Program-made: the position numbers and the translations under genes
Notes under the pieces: generated by a model
The model's database searches: none
The model's input: only the letters and a program-made list of their open reading frames with translations
What the model was told of the DNA's origin: nothing
Assembly (NCBI GenBank): GCA_965233185.1
Contig: CBDDSA010000090.1
Coordinates: 1-60,493, forward strand
From: an uncultured bacterium
GTDB taxonomy: Bacteria; Pseudomonadota; Gammaproteobacteria; Burkholderiales; SG8-39
DNA: 60,493 nucleotides
Direction: 5' to 3'
Shown: positions 51,935 to 60,493 of the stretch, piece by piece
How the letters are laid out: each line of letters begins with the position of its first letter
Numbering within the stretch: position 1 is the stretch's first letter

Positions 51935-52765
51935 ATGGAGCTCACGCTCCCGGTAACCGCAGCGGTGCTGGGCGCCGCACTGCTGCACGCCGCCTGGAAT
52001 GCGCTGGTGAAGGGCAGCGAGGACAAGCAGCTCGACGTGTACGCGGTCGCCGCGGGCTCGGGGCTGCTCGCGCTGCTCGCCGCGCCGTTCCTGCCGCCGC
52101 CGGCGGCCGCCGCCTGGCCGTGGCTGGCGGGCTCGGCGGCGGTGCACATCCTGTATTTCGTGTTCCTCGCGGGCGCCTACCGCTGGGGCGAGCTTTCGTA
52201 CGTGTACCCGGTGATGCGCGGCGGCGGTCCCATGATCGTTGCGGTCACCGGGGTATTGGTTTTTGGGGAAGTCCTTCAGGCGAGCGAGTGGCTCGGCGCG
52301 GCGCTCATCTGCGCCGGCATCATCGCCTTCGCCTCGGGCGCCCACCACCGCCGCGCCACGCTGTTCGCCCTGGGTAACGCCGTCATCATCGGCGCCTACA
52401 CGCTCATCGATGCCGCGGGGGCGCGCACCTCCGGAGCGCCGGTGAGCTACACGTTCTGGTTCTTCGTCCTGAACGGCGCGGTGATCTTCGCCCTCGGCGT
52501 CTCGCAGCGCGGCAGTGCGCTGCCGGCCTACTTTCGCCGGCACTGGCTGCGCGCATTTGCCGGCGGCGCCTGCGCGCTGGGCGCCTACAGCATCGCCCTC
52601 TGGGCGATGACGCGCGCGCCGGTCGCGCTGGTGGCGGTGCTGCGCGAGACCTCCGTGATCTTCGCCGCGGTCATCGGCGCAGTCGCTTTCAAGGAAAAGC
52701 TGACGCGCCGGCGGCTGCTCGCCACCGGCGCGGTCCTTGCCGGCTTGATTGCCCTGCGCATCTAG
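51935..52765 (+). CDS. EamA/DMT family transporter
   Basis: AALLHAAWNALVK, AY..G.LS..YP..RG, LRETSV.FA. Confidence 0.9.
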   Translation: MELTLPVTAAVLGAALLHAAWNALVKGSEDKQLDVYAVAAGSGLLALLAAPFLPPPAAAAWPWLAGSAAVHILYFVFLAGAYRWGELSYVYPVMRGGGPMIVAVTGVLVFGEVLQASEWLGAALICAGIIAFASGAHHRRATLFALGNAVIIGAYTLIDAAGARTSGAPVSYTFWFFVLNGAVIFALGVSQRGSALPAYFRRHWLRAFAGGACALGAYSIALWAMTRAPVALVAVLRETSVIFAAVIGAVAFKEKLTRRRLLATGAVLAGLIALRI

Positions 52766-53379
52766 GCGGGCTGCAGCCGGCCGTCGATTACGCGCACCCG
52801 GGAGCCCGCGCCATAAGGCGGCGCCACGTCGCTCAGCACGGTCTCCTGCAGGCCGTTATCGTGGCGCACGTCGATTTCCCAGCGAGTGGTCGCCCGCGCC
52901 TGCTTCTCGATGTGCTTGCCGGCCATCGCGCCGCCGAGCGCGCCGAGCACCGTCATCACTTTCTTGCCGTTGCCGCCGCCGATCTGGCTGCCGATGACCG
53001 CCCCCGCCACGCCGCCCGCGATCGGTCCGACCGCCGTGTGCTCGCCCGGCTGCTTCACCTCGCGCACCGCCTGAACCGTACCGACATTTCCGATCTCCAC
53101 CGCCGGCTTGGGTGCTTCAACGACCTGCGCTGCCGGCGTGGCGGCAGGTGCGGCTTTCGCGACGGGTTTTTTCTTCGGGAGAGGGGTCGGCGGCACCATG
53201 GTGGGTTCGACGACCTTCGCGGTGTCTTGTGGAATCTCCAACTGGATAGCTTCGTTCTGCGCGCCCATGGAGGGCGGCAGCAGGCCGGTCAGCGAGGCGA
53301 CGCCGACGGCCGAGAACACGGTGATGGAGATGGCCGCCGCAGTGAGCAGCGGGTGAAGGCGGGTGTTGGTGTTTTCCAT
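52762..53379 (-). CDS. Glycine zipper 2TM domain envelope protein
   Basis: AAGGAG SD before ATG 53379; G.IAGGVAGAVIGSQIGGGNG...TVLGALGGAMAG..IEK. Confidence 0.85.
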   Translation of the reverse strand: MENTNTRLHPLLTAAAISITVFSAVGVASLTGLLPPSMGAQNEAIQLEIPQDTAKVVEPTMVPPTPLPKKKPVAKAAPAATPAAQVVEAPKPAVEIGNVGTVQAVREVKQPGEHTAVGPIAGGVAGAVIGSQIGGGNGKKVMTVLGALGGAMAGKHIEKQARATTRWEIDVRHDNGLQETVLSDVAPPYGAGSRVRVIDGRLQPA

Positions 53380-53414
53380 GGCGTTGTGCTCCTTTCGCAT
53401 TGCCACAACGCCGA

Positions 53415-53456
53415 GGTTAGGCAGCCCGCGTGCGGGCTGCCGTAACCGGTTGTAAC
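53415..53456 (-). promoter_or_regulatory. GC hairpin plus GTAAC-N5-GTAAC direct repeat between the OmpA/MotB gene and the glycine-zipper gene
   Basis: GGCAGCCCGC-GT-GCGGGCTGCC at 53420-53441; GTAAC at 53442 and 53452; minus-strand TAACCT at 53414-53419. Confidence 0.55.
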
Positions 53457-53462
53457 GGCCTG

Positions 53463-54269
53463 TTACTTGGGGGCCTCCTGCAGCAGGTTGCGGTCGATCA
53501 GGGTGATCTCGATGCGCCGGTTCTTCTGGCGGCCTTCCGGCGTATCGTTCGGCGCGACCGGCGCGTACTCGGCGCGGCCGGTGGCAAGCAGGCGTTCGGG
53601 CTCGATCCCGGCGTCCTGCAGGAAGCGCACCACGGTGGTGGCGCGCGCCACCGATAGCTCCCAGTTGGACGGGAACACCTTCTGCAGTCCCTTGGTGATC
53701 GGCACGTTGTCGGTATGGCCGACCACGCGGATCGCCTTATCGTCATAGGACTTCATGGCGTCGGCGACCTTCTTCAGCACCTCCTTGCCGGTCTCCTTGA
53801 GCGCCGCCCGGCCGGAATCGAAGAACAGCTGCTCGGCAACGTCGACCGTCAGCATGTCCTTGTAGCGCCGTACCTGCAGTTGGCCCTTCTGTACCTCCTG
53901 GTTGAGGTCGCCGACCAGCTTGTCGTACTGCGATTGCGACTGCTTGCTCGCGCTGAGCAGCTGCTGCTTCTGTTGCTCGAGCGCCTCGTTCTGCGCACGC
54001 AGCTGCGCCTGCTGGCGCTCGAGCGCGGCCCGGTCGCTTTCGAGGGAAGTCTTGTGCTGCTCCAGCGCAGTCTTCTGCTGCTCGAGCGCCGTCTTCTGCC
54101 GCTCCAATTCCTGGAGTTGCCGCTCCAGCGCCGCACGCTCGCTCTGCAGTGCGCTGATTTCCTGCGCCTTCTCTCCTTGGGCTTTCTCGAAGGTTTCCTG
54201 CGATACGCAGCCGCCGAGGACGAGCGCCGCTGCCACTGCCACACTACCAATGTAGTTGTTGCGAATCAT
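53463..54269 (-). CDS. OmpA/MotB-family peptidoglycan-binding lipoprotein with long coiled coil
   Basis: Lipobox LGGC; heptad repeats; FDSG.A.L, VGHTDN.P, NWELS..RA..V, NRRIEI; GGAGG SD. Confidence 0.9.
   Translation of the reverse strand: MIRNNYIGSVAVAAALVLGGCVSQETFEKAQGEKAQEISALQSERAALERQLQELERQKTALEQQKTALEQHKTSLESDRAALERQQAQLRAQNEALEQQKQQLLSASKQSQSQYDKLVGDLNQEVQKGQLQVRRYKDMLTVDVAEQLFFDSGRAALKETGKEVLKKVADAMKSYDDKAIRVVGHTDNVPITKGLQKVFPSNWELSVARATTVVRFLQDAGIEPERLLATGRAEYAPVAPNDTPEGRQKNRRIEITLIDRNLLQEAPK
54041..54130 (-). repeat. Imperfect 21-bp tandem repeat encoding LE(Q/R)QKTA heptads
   Basis: Protein reads LERQLQE-LERQKTA-LEQQKTA-LEQHKTS-LE; DNA units such as CTCGAGCAGCAGAAGACTGCG. Confidence 0.7.
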
Positions 54270-54313
54270 TATTGACCTCCACTGCGTGTTGCCCCTACAG
54301 CAGCAAGAATAAC

Positions 54314-55768
54314 TTACTGTCCTTCGGGCCGCATGTGCGGGAAGAGAATTACGTCACGGATGCTCGGGCTGTCGGTCAGGAGCATCACCAGGCGGTCGAC
54401 GCCCAGGCCGGCCCCGGCGGTGGGTGGCAGGCCGTATTCGAGCGCGCGGATGTAGTCGGCGTCGTAGTACATCGCTTCCTGGTCGCCGGCTTCCTTGGCT
54501 TTCGCCTGGTCGAGGAAGCGCGCGGCCTGGTCCTCGGGGTCGTTCAGCTCGGAAAAGCCGTTGGCGACCTCCTTCGCGTCGATGAACAGCTCGAAGCGGT
54601 CGGTGAGCTCGGGATCCGCATCGCGGCGCCGGGCGAGCGGCGACACTTCCGCCGGGAAGTCGGTGACGAAGGTCGGCTGGACCAGGTGCTTTTCCGCGAG
54701 CGCCTCGAACAGCATGAGCTGCAGCGCGCCCCAGCCCTGGTGCTTGCCATGCTCCACCTTCAGGCGGTCCAGCTCCTTCGAGAGGAACGCGCGCTCGCGC
54801 AGGTCGCCCTGGATGCCCTGCTGCCGGATGGCGTCCGGGATGGCGAGGCGCGCGAACGGCTTGCCGAGCTCGATCCTGCGCCCCTGGTACTGGACCTCGT
54901 CGACGCCGGCCGCCGCGCGCACCAGCTTCTCGGTGAGATCCATCATGTATTGCCAGTCCTGGTAGGCGCAGTACCACTCGAGCATGGTGAACTCGGGATT
55001 GTGCCGCGTGGAGATGCCCTCGTTCCTGAAGTTGCGGTTGATCTCGAACACGCGCTCGATGCCGCCCACCACCAGGCGCTTGAGATAAAGCTCGGGCGCG
55101 ATGCGCAGGTACAGCTCCATGTCGAGCGCGTTGTGGTGCGTCTTGAAAGGCCGGGCCGCTGCGCCGCCGGGGATCGGCTGCATCATCGGCGTCTCCACCT
55201 CCAGGTAGCCCTCGGCGCGCAGCAGGGTTCTCAAGGAGTCGATGATCTGCGAGCGCCGCAGGAACACGTCGCGGACCTGGGGATTGACGATCAGGTCGAC
55301 GTAGCGCTGGCGGTAGCGCTGCTCATGGTCGGTGAGGCCATGGAACTTCTCCGGCAGCGGGCGCAGCGCCTTGGCCAGCAGGCGGATGGCGCTCGCGTGC
55401 ACCGTGAGCTCGCCTTTCATCGTCTTGAAGACATGGCCCTCGACGCCCACGATGTCGCCCAGGTCCCAGTGCTTGAAGTCCTCGTAGCCCGGCAGGTCGC
55501 TGGTGATATAGACCTGGATGCGGCCGCTGCCGTCCTGCAGGGTCGCGAAGCTCGCCTTGCCCATCACGCGCTTGAGCACCATGCGGCCGGCGATGCTGGC
55601 GGGCGCTTTCGCGCCTTCCAGCTCCTCTTTCGTCTTCCCGGAGAACGAATCCTGCAAAGAAGCCGCGAGGACCTTCCTGCGGAAATCGTTCGGGTAGGCC
55701 CCGCCCGCCGCGCGCAGCGCCTTCAGCTTCTCGCGGCGCTCCTCGACCAGCTTGTTGTCTTCTTCCAC
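54314..55768 (-). CDS. lysS: Lysine--tRNA ligase (class II)
   Basis: [58 protein letters not shown]. Confidence 0.97.
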   Translation of the reverse strand: MEEDNKLVEERREKLKALRAAGGAYPNDFRRKVLAASLQDSFSGKTKEELEGAKAPASIAGRMVLKRVMGKASFATLQDGSGRIQVYITSDLPGYEDFKHWDLGDIVGVEGHVFKTMKGELTVHASAIRLLAKALRPLPEKFHGLTDHEQRYRQRYVDLIVNPQVRDVFLRRSQIIDSLRTLLRAEGYLEVETPMMQPIPGGAAARPFKTHHNALDMELYLRIAPELYLKRLVVGGIERVFEINRNFRNEGISTRHNPEFTMLEWYCAYQDWQYMMDLTEKLVRAAAGVDEVQYQGRRIELGKPFARLAIPDAIRQQGIQGDLRERAFLSKELDRLKVEHGKHQGWGALQLMLFEALAEKHLVQPTFVTDFPAEVSPLARRRDADPELTDRFELFIDAKEVANGFSELNDPEDQAARFLDQAKAKEAGDQEAMYYDADYIRALEYGLPPTAGAGLGVDRLVMLLTDSPSIRDVILFPHMRPEGQ

Positions 55769-56873
55769 TTAGACTCCCTGCTTGAGGCTGGCGCTGATGA
55801 AATCGTCGAGATCGCCGTCCAGCACTTTCTGCGTGTTGCCGATCTCCACGCCGGTGCGCAGGTCCTTGATGCGCGACTGGTCGAGCACGTACGAGCGGAT
55901 CTGGTGGCCCCAGCCGATGTCGGTCTTGGCGGCCTCCAGCTTGTTCTGCTCTGCCAGGCGCTTGCGCACCTCGAGCTCGTAGAGCTTCGCCTTCAGCATC
56001 GACAGGCACTCGGCGCGATTGCGGTGCTGCGAGCGGTCGTTCTGGCTCTGCACCACGATGCCGCTGGGCAGGTGGGTGATGCGCACCGCCGACTCGGTCT
56101 TGTTGACGTGCTGGCCGCCGGCGCCCGAGGCGCGGTACACGTCGATGCGCAGGTCCGCGGGATTGATGTCCTCCTCGATGGTGTCGTCGATCTCCGGGTA
56201 GACGAACACGCTGGCGAACGACGTGTGGCGCCGGGCATTCGAGTCGAACGGGCTCTTGCGCACCAGGCGGTGCACGCCCACCTCGGTGCGCAGGTGGCCG
56301 TAGGCGTACTCGCCGGTGACTTTCAGCGTGGCGCTCTTGATCCCGGCCACCTCGCCCGGGGTGTGCTCGAGCACCTCGGCGGAAAAGCCCTTGCGGTCGC
56401 AGTACCTGAGGTACATGCGCTCGAGCATCGCGGCCCAGTCCTGCGCCTCGGTGCCGCCCGAGCCGGCCTGGACGTCGACGAAGCAGTTGTTGGGGTCCAG
56501 CGGATTGGAGAACATGCGGCGGAACTCCAGGCCCGCCACTTCCTTTTCCAGCTTTTCCAGGTCGGAGGCCACGCCGAGCACGGTGGCGTCGTCGGCCTCG
56601 GCGCGCGCCAGCTCGAACAGCTCCTGGGCGTCGGTCAGCCCGCCGCCGACGCGTCCGAGCGTGCCGACCACGGCTTCGAGCGCCTTTTTTTCCTTGCCCA
56701 GCTCCTGCGCGCGCTGCGGGTCGCTCCAGACCTGCGGGTCGCCGAGGAGCTGCTCTACCTGCGCCAGGCGCTGCTGCTTGCCGGCGAGGTCAAAGATACC
56801 TCCGCAGCTCGGCCGACCGGTGGTGCAGGTCGGCAAGCGAAGAGGCGATCTGGTTGATGCGTTCGGCTTCCAT
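55769..56873 (-). CDS. prfB: Peptide chain release factor 2, programmed +1 frameshift
   Basis: ATG 56873 gives MEAERINQ...LRRYL, then CTT TGA C; the +1 frame continues with SPF and GAGGQHVN motifs. Confidence 0.96.
56789..56803 (-). other. RF2 +1 frameshift cassette
   Basis: GGAGG-TAT-CTT-TGA-C: internal SD plus slippery codon and UGA. Confidence 0.95.
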
Positions 56874-57361
56874 TACGGGCTCTCGATCCGTTCGCCCCAG
56901 TAGCGCACTTCGTGGCGAAAGCGCAGCTCCGCGTCCAGGCGGTCCAGCGGCATCACCAGGTTGCGGCTGGGGATGGAGACGAACGCTTTCTTCAGCCCCT
57001 CGCGCACCGAGGAGAGATAGAAGTAAACCTGGTCGTCCGGGCGCTGCACCATGAAAAGGATGAAGTCACGCTTGTCGTTCGCCGAAATCTGCGCGATGCG
57101 CAGCACCTCTTCGGTCTTGAAGCCGCGCTGGCGCGCCTCCAGCAAGTCCTCGCTTTGCTCGCGCGGGATGCCCATGGTGTCGGCGACGTCCGCGCCGACG
57201 AAGCCTTCCTTGCCGCTTTGCCTGAGCCAGCCCGCGATGCTGCGCAGGCTACCCGCTTCGGCGCTGGTGAGCTGCTCCAGCGCCGGCGCCGGCGCGGCGG
57301 CATGCGCGAGGCCCGCCTGCAGCACGAGCAGGAGGACGAGGACGATACAACGCCGCAGCAT
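56873..57361 (-). CDS. Hypothetical exported protein
   Basis: GGGAGG SD; Sec-type signal peptide (MLRR...AHA); stop overlaps the prfB start (TAATG). Confidence 0.7.
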   Translation of the reverse strand: MLRRCIVLVLLLVLQAGLAHAAAPAPALEQLTSAEAGSLRSIAGWLRQSGKEGFVGADVADTMGIPREQSEDLLEARQRGFKTEEVLRIAQISANDKRDFILFMVQRPDDQVYFYLSSVREGLKKAFVSIPSRNLVMPLDRLDAELRFRHEVRYWGERIESP

Positions 57362-57403
57362 GCGGCCTCCCTTGATGCGTTATTGGCCGCTAGTTTACCG
57401 CCA

Positions 57404-57613
57404 TCAAACGCGCTTCGCGGAGTATTCCTCGGCGATTTTGTCGTCGAAGAACGTCGTCGGATTCGGCGCCGCCATGAAGCGGCGATATACCTCCGGATAG
57501 ACGCCCCCGTACTGGAACACCTGGCCGTTGGACATCTCCACCTCGAGGGTGCGGCTCTTCTCGTCGTAGCCGACCGAGCGCAGCTTGGAGGAGTTGACGC
57601 GCTTTCTGTCCAT
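57404..57613 (-). CDS. KTSC domain protein
   Basis: V.SS.L.SVGYD.....LEVE..NG.V.QY.GV..EVY..FM.A pattern, 69 aa. Confidence 0.88.
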   Translation of the reverse strand: MDRKRVNSSKLRSVGYDEKSRTLEVEMSNGQVFQYGGVYPEVYRRFMAAPNPTTFFDDKIAEEYSAKRV

Positions 57614-57635
57614 CACGGCTCCACGACGGCGAGCT

Positions 57636-58475
57636 TCATCCGCCCAGCGTGGCGCTCCAGGGCTCGCGGGTGCGCCCGCTCACCACTTCCCCCTCGATGC
57701 TCTTGCCGCGCACCTGTCCGGTGAACTCGCCGCGCCGCCCCGAAAGCCGGAAGCTGATCTTGTCGCCGCGCAGCTTGAATTCCTCCAGGGGCACGTCCTT
57801 GCCGTCCAGGCGCACGCTGCCGGACACGCGGGTGAGCTCTTGGCGCAGCTGCAGGGTGGCCGGCTGGCGGCTCACCGCGGGCGGCATCTTCGCGCTCCAG
57901 CGGCCCTCGACCCTGGCCGGCACCACATAGAGGTAGATCAGCGTGGTGGTCACGCCGCTGATCTGCACCTTGTCCTCGAGGTCCATCTGCAGATACTTCT
58001 CCGGGATCCAGCCGGTCAGAGGGTAGTCGTGCGACACGATGCGCGTGCCGGGGCGCAGCTCCCGCAGGAACTTGTCCTTGAGCAGGTTCACCGTATCGGG
58101 CAGGAGGTACATCGTGATCACCGTGGCCTGCGACACGTCGGTCTTGAAGAGATCCTGCTTCAGGAACTTCGCGCGGTCGGCGACGCCTTCCTTCTGCGCC
58201 GCCTCGTTGGCCTGCTTCACCAGTTGATCCTTGATCTCGACGCCGAAGCCGCGGGCGCCGAACACCTTGGCCGCCGTCAGCACGATGCGCCCGTCGCCCG
58301 AGCCCAGGTCGATGAGGAAGTCGTCCGGCCCCACGTCGGCGTAGCGCAGCATGTCGGCGACCACGCTCTGCGGGGAAGGGACATAGGGCCCGGCGTCCTT
58401 GGTGGGCTGCAGGTCTTGCGCGCCGGGCGAAAGGGGCACGAAGCACAACAAGAGAAAAGCGAATACCCGGGTCAT
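57636..58475 (-). CDS. Class I SAM-dependent methyltransferase with signal peptide
   Basis: PYVPSP..VV..ML, DLGSGDGRI, GVEI, VITMYLLP, PGTRIVSHDY; hydrophobic leader. Confidence 0.85.
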   Translation of the reverse strand: MTRVFAFLLLCFVPLSPGAQDLQPTKDAGPYVPSPQSVVADMLRYADVGPDDFLIDLGSGDGRIVLTAAKVFGARGFGVEIKDQLVKQANEAAQKEGVADRAKFLKQDLFKTDVSQATVITMYLLPDTVNLLKDKFLRELRPGTRIVSHDYPLTGWIPEKYLQMDLEDKVQISGVTTTLIYLYVVPARVEGRWSAKMPPAVSRQPATLQLRQELTRVSGSVRLDGKDVPLEEFKLRGDKISFRLSGRRGEFTGQVRGKSIEGEVVSGRTREPWSATLGG

Positions 58476-60151
58476 TCAAAGTGCTCCACGGTGAGCTGCA
58501 CGTTCTTCAGGCCATTGAACTCGTTCACGGCCAGGCGGTAGGCGGCGCGCACCTTGGCGGGCAGCGGTTCCAGCGCGCCGAAGCGCATCGCGTCGTAGCG
58601 CCGCCCCTCCTTTACCAGCCGCAGCTTGAGGTGGCGCTCGCCGACCACGCGCTGGCTTTCCACCGCGAAATTATCGCAGAACACCGGCTGCGGAAAGCCC
58701 TGTCCCCAGATCTCGCCGTCGAGCATGCGCGCGACTTCCAGCGTGCAATGCGCGTGATCGAGCGCGCCGTCGGTTTCCACCGTGCGCAGCCGCGCCTCCG
58801 CCGGCAGCAGCTCGTCCACCGCGGCATCGAAGGCTTCGCAGAAGCGCGCGTAGTCGGCCTGGGCGATAGTGAGGCCGGCGGCCATGGCATGCCCGCCGAA
58901 GCGCGCGATCAGGCCCGGAGCACGCTTGGACACGAGGTCGAGGCAGTCGCGCAGGTGCAGCCCGGGAATCGAGCGGCCCGAGCCGCGCAATACCGGGCGG
59001 GCGCCTTCTTCGCCGCGTGCGAAGCAGATCACCGGGCGGTGCACGCGGTCCTTGACGCGCGAGGCGAGGATGCCGACCACGCCCTGGTGCCAGCCCGGGT
59101 CGAAGAACGTGCAATGGCCGGCAGGAAGGTCTTTCAGAATGTCGAGCGCCTGCTGCAGCATCGCCGCTTCGATGCCGCGGCGCTCGGCATTGAGGCGGTC
59201 GAGCTGCTGGGCGAGGTTGGCGGCGCGCGCCTCCTCGTCGGTGATCAGGCACTCGATGCCCACGCTCATGTCGGCAAGGCGGCCGGCCGCGTTGAGGCGT
59301 GGTCCGGCGACGAAGCCCAGATCGAAGCTCGATGCTTCGTCGAGGCGCCGCCCCGCGGCGCGCAGCAGCGCCATGACCCCCGGCTGTCCGCGCCCGGCGC
59401 GCAGGCGCTTGAGCCCCTGCGACACCAGGTTGCGGTTGTTCGCGTCGAGCGGCACGACGTCGGCGATGGTGCCCAGCGCCACCAGGTCCGTCAGGGAGCC
59501 AAGATTGGGTTCTTTCTCTCCCAAAAGCCTTCTTCCCCGCAGCTCGCTGCGCAAGGCCAGCATCACATAGAACATGACCCCGACGCCGGCGAGCGCCTTG
59601 GAGGGAAACGCGCATCCCGGCTGGTTCGGATTGACGATGCACGCCGCGGCCGGCAGCTCATCGCCGGGCAGGTGGTGGTCGGTGATGAGCGTGGCGATGC
59701 CCAGCGCATTGGCGCGCGCGACGCCTTCCACGCTGGCGATGCCGTTGTCCACCGTGATGATCAGGTCGGGCTTTTTCTGCGCGGCAAGCTCGACCAGCTC
59801 CGGCGACAGGCCGTAGCCGAGCTTGAAGCGGTCGGGCACCAGGTAATCCACGATGGCGCCGAACTTGCGCAGGGCGCGCACCCCCACGGCGCACGCCGTG
59901 GCGCCGTCGGCGTCGTAGTCGGCGACGATCAGCAGGCGCTTCTTGCGCTCGATCGCGTCCGCCAGCAGCCTTGCGGCCTCGTCAACATTCTTCAGGAGCT
60001 GCGGCGGCACCAGGCTCGCGCTCTCGTACGCCAGCTCCACCGCCGAGCGGATGCGCCGCGCCGCATAGATGCGCGCGAGCACCGGATGCAGGCCCGCTTC
60101 CATCAGCGTGCGGCGGTCGGCTTCCGCGTAGGCGCGCTCGATGATTTTCAC
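58472..60151 (-). CDS. recJ: Single-stranded-DNA-specific exonuclease RecJ
   Basis: GTG start; DYDADGAT, TVDNG, TDHH, GTIADVVPL, PRLNAAGRL, GSGRS, GGH.MAAG. Confidence 0.96.
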   Translation of the reverse strand: MKIIERAYAEADRRTLMEAGLHPVLARIYAARRIRSAVELAYESASLVPPQLLKNVDEAARLLADAIERKKRLLIVADYDADGATACAVGVRALRKFGAIVDYLVPDRFKLGYGLSPELVELAAQKKPDLIITVDNGIASVEGVARANALGIATLITDHHLPGDELPAAACIVNPNQPGCAFPSKALAGVGVMFYVMLALRSELRGRRLLGEKEPNLGSLTDLVALGTIADVVPLDANNRNLVSQGLKRLRAGRGQPGVMALLRAAGRRLDEASSFDLGFVAGPRLNAAGRLADMSVGIECLITDEEARAANLAQQLDRLNAERRGIEAAMLQQALDILKDLPAGHCTFFDPGWHQGVVGILASRVKDRVHRPVICFARGEEGARPVLRGSGRSIPGLHLRDCLDLVSKRAPGLIARFGGHAMAAGLTIAQADYARFCEAFDAAVDELLPAEARLRTVETDGALDHAHCTLEVARMLDGEIWGQGFPQPVFCDNFAVESQRVVGERHLKLRLVKEGRRYDAMRFGALEPLPAKVRAAYRLAVNEFNGLKNVQLTVEHFE

Positions 60152-60493
60152 GCGTAGCGCTCCAGGGGCCGGCGGCGGCGCCAGAAGCGCCGCAGATCGC
60201 CGCGGACCGCCTCGAACGAAGCCCCGGCATCCGGCACGTGCACCGTGAGCATCCCGGCGCGACCGGCGCGCAGGGCGGCGAGCAGCGGCGCGAACCAGCG
60301 CTTTTCCAGCAGGTCGATGCATTCCCGGTACTCGGCCTCCTGGCCCAGGGCGAGCGGCGCGCGCAGCGCCTCGAGCACCACGAGATGCCGGCCCTCCTGC
60401 GGCGCGCGCGCCAGCCACTCCTGCGCGGAAAGCGGCAGCGCGCGCGGCTGGGCGCCGGCGGCCCTGGCGAGGCCCAGGGGCAGCGGGCCGGCC
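60148..60493 (-). CDS. Hypothetical protein upstream of recJ, C-terminal part (5' end beyond window)
   Basis: Open frame ending LEKRWFAPLLAAL...DLRRFWRRRRPLERYA*, stop overlapping the recJ GTG. Confidence 0.65.
   Translation of the reverse strand, partial: AGPLPLGLARAAGAQPRALPLSAQEWLARAPQEGRHLVVLEALRAPLALGQEAEYRECIDLLEKRWFAPLLAALRAGRAGMLTVHVPDAGASFEAVRGDLRRFWRRRRPLERYA

Noticed and set aside
54272..56857. 861-aa plus-strand ORF, and similar long ORFs at 13224-15056, 23940-25973, 29752-31860 and 33913-36339
   Set aside because: Antisense or off-frame shadows of well-identified genes; expected from stop-codon scarcity at high GC; no motifs

Overview
High-GC (about 70% by eye), very compact, largely core-genome region. 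It is most likely from a betaproteobacterium, inferred from syntenies such as trxB/ftsK-lolA-rarA-serS-tRNA-Ser, bamD/rluD-pgeF, phaCAB-phaR-rimO-bktB and recJ-prfB-lysS. About 60 CDS: pntAB; a C26 hydrolase-CPA antiporter-YbdK ligase trio; a TRAP transporter with two Tat-type binding proteins plus an amidase; PAS and HD proteins; pyrC; rsmI/yraN-HIRAN-gmhA-BON-rfaE2; rhlE; glnB; trxB; a CRP-family regulator coupled to ftsK; an orphan form-II CoxL-like molybdoenzyme; a TonB-like protein; a rearranged Fur-boxed fbpABC; a mini-secretin plus a DinG/YoaA helicase; a PHA cluster with two phaB genes; a patatin; lysS; frameshifted prfB; KTSC; recJ. RNA genes are RNase P RNA (minus strand) and tRNA-Ser(CGA). 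I found no CRISPR array, transposase, integrase or prophage, and I cannot claim a clear-cut new system. The strongest candidates are: (1) a window-wide leaderless-type promoter grammar, where TANNNT sits 6-11 nt before the start codon and is often built from the upstream stop codon; (2) a double-Fur-box-controlled 70-aa CxC protein followed by a mini-secretin in the iron locus; (3) an apparently exported HIRAN protein next to yraN; (4) divergent bamD/rluD genes sharing one CATG start. Many single-base changes in conserved motifs suggest possible consensus errors, which limits confidence in single-base observations such as the ATC start of rhlE.
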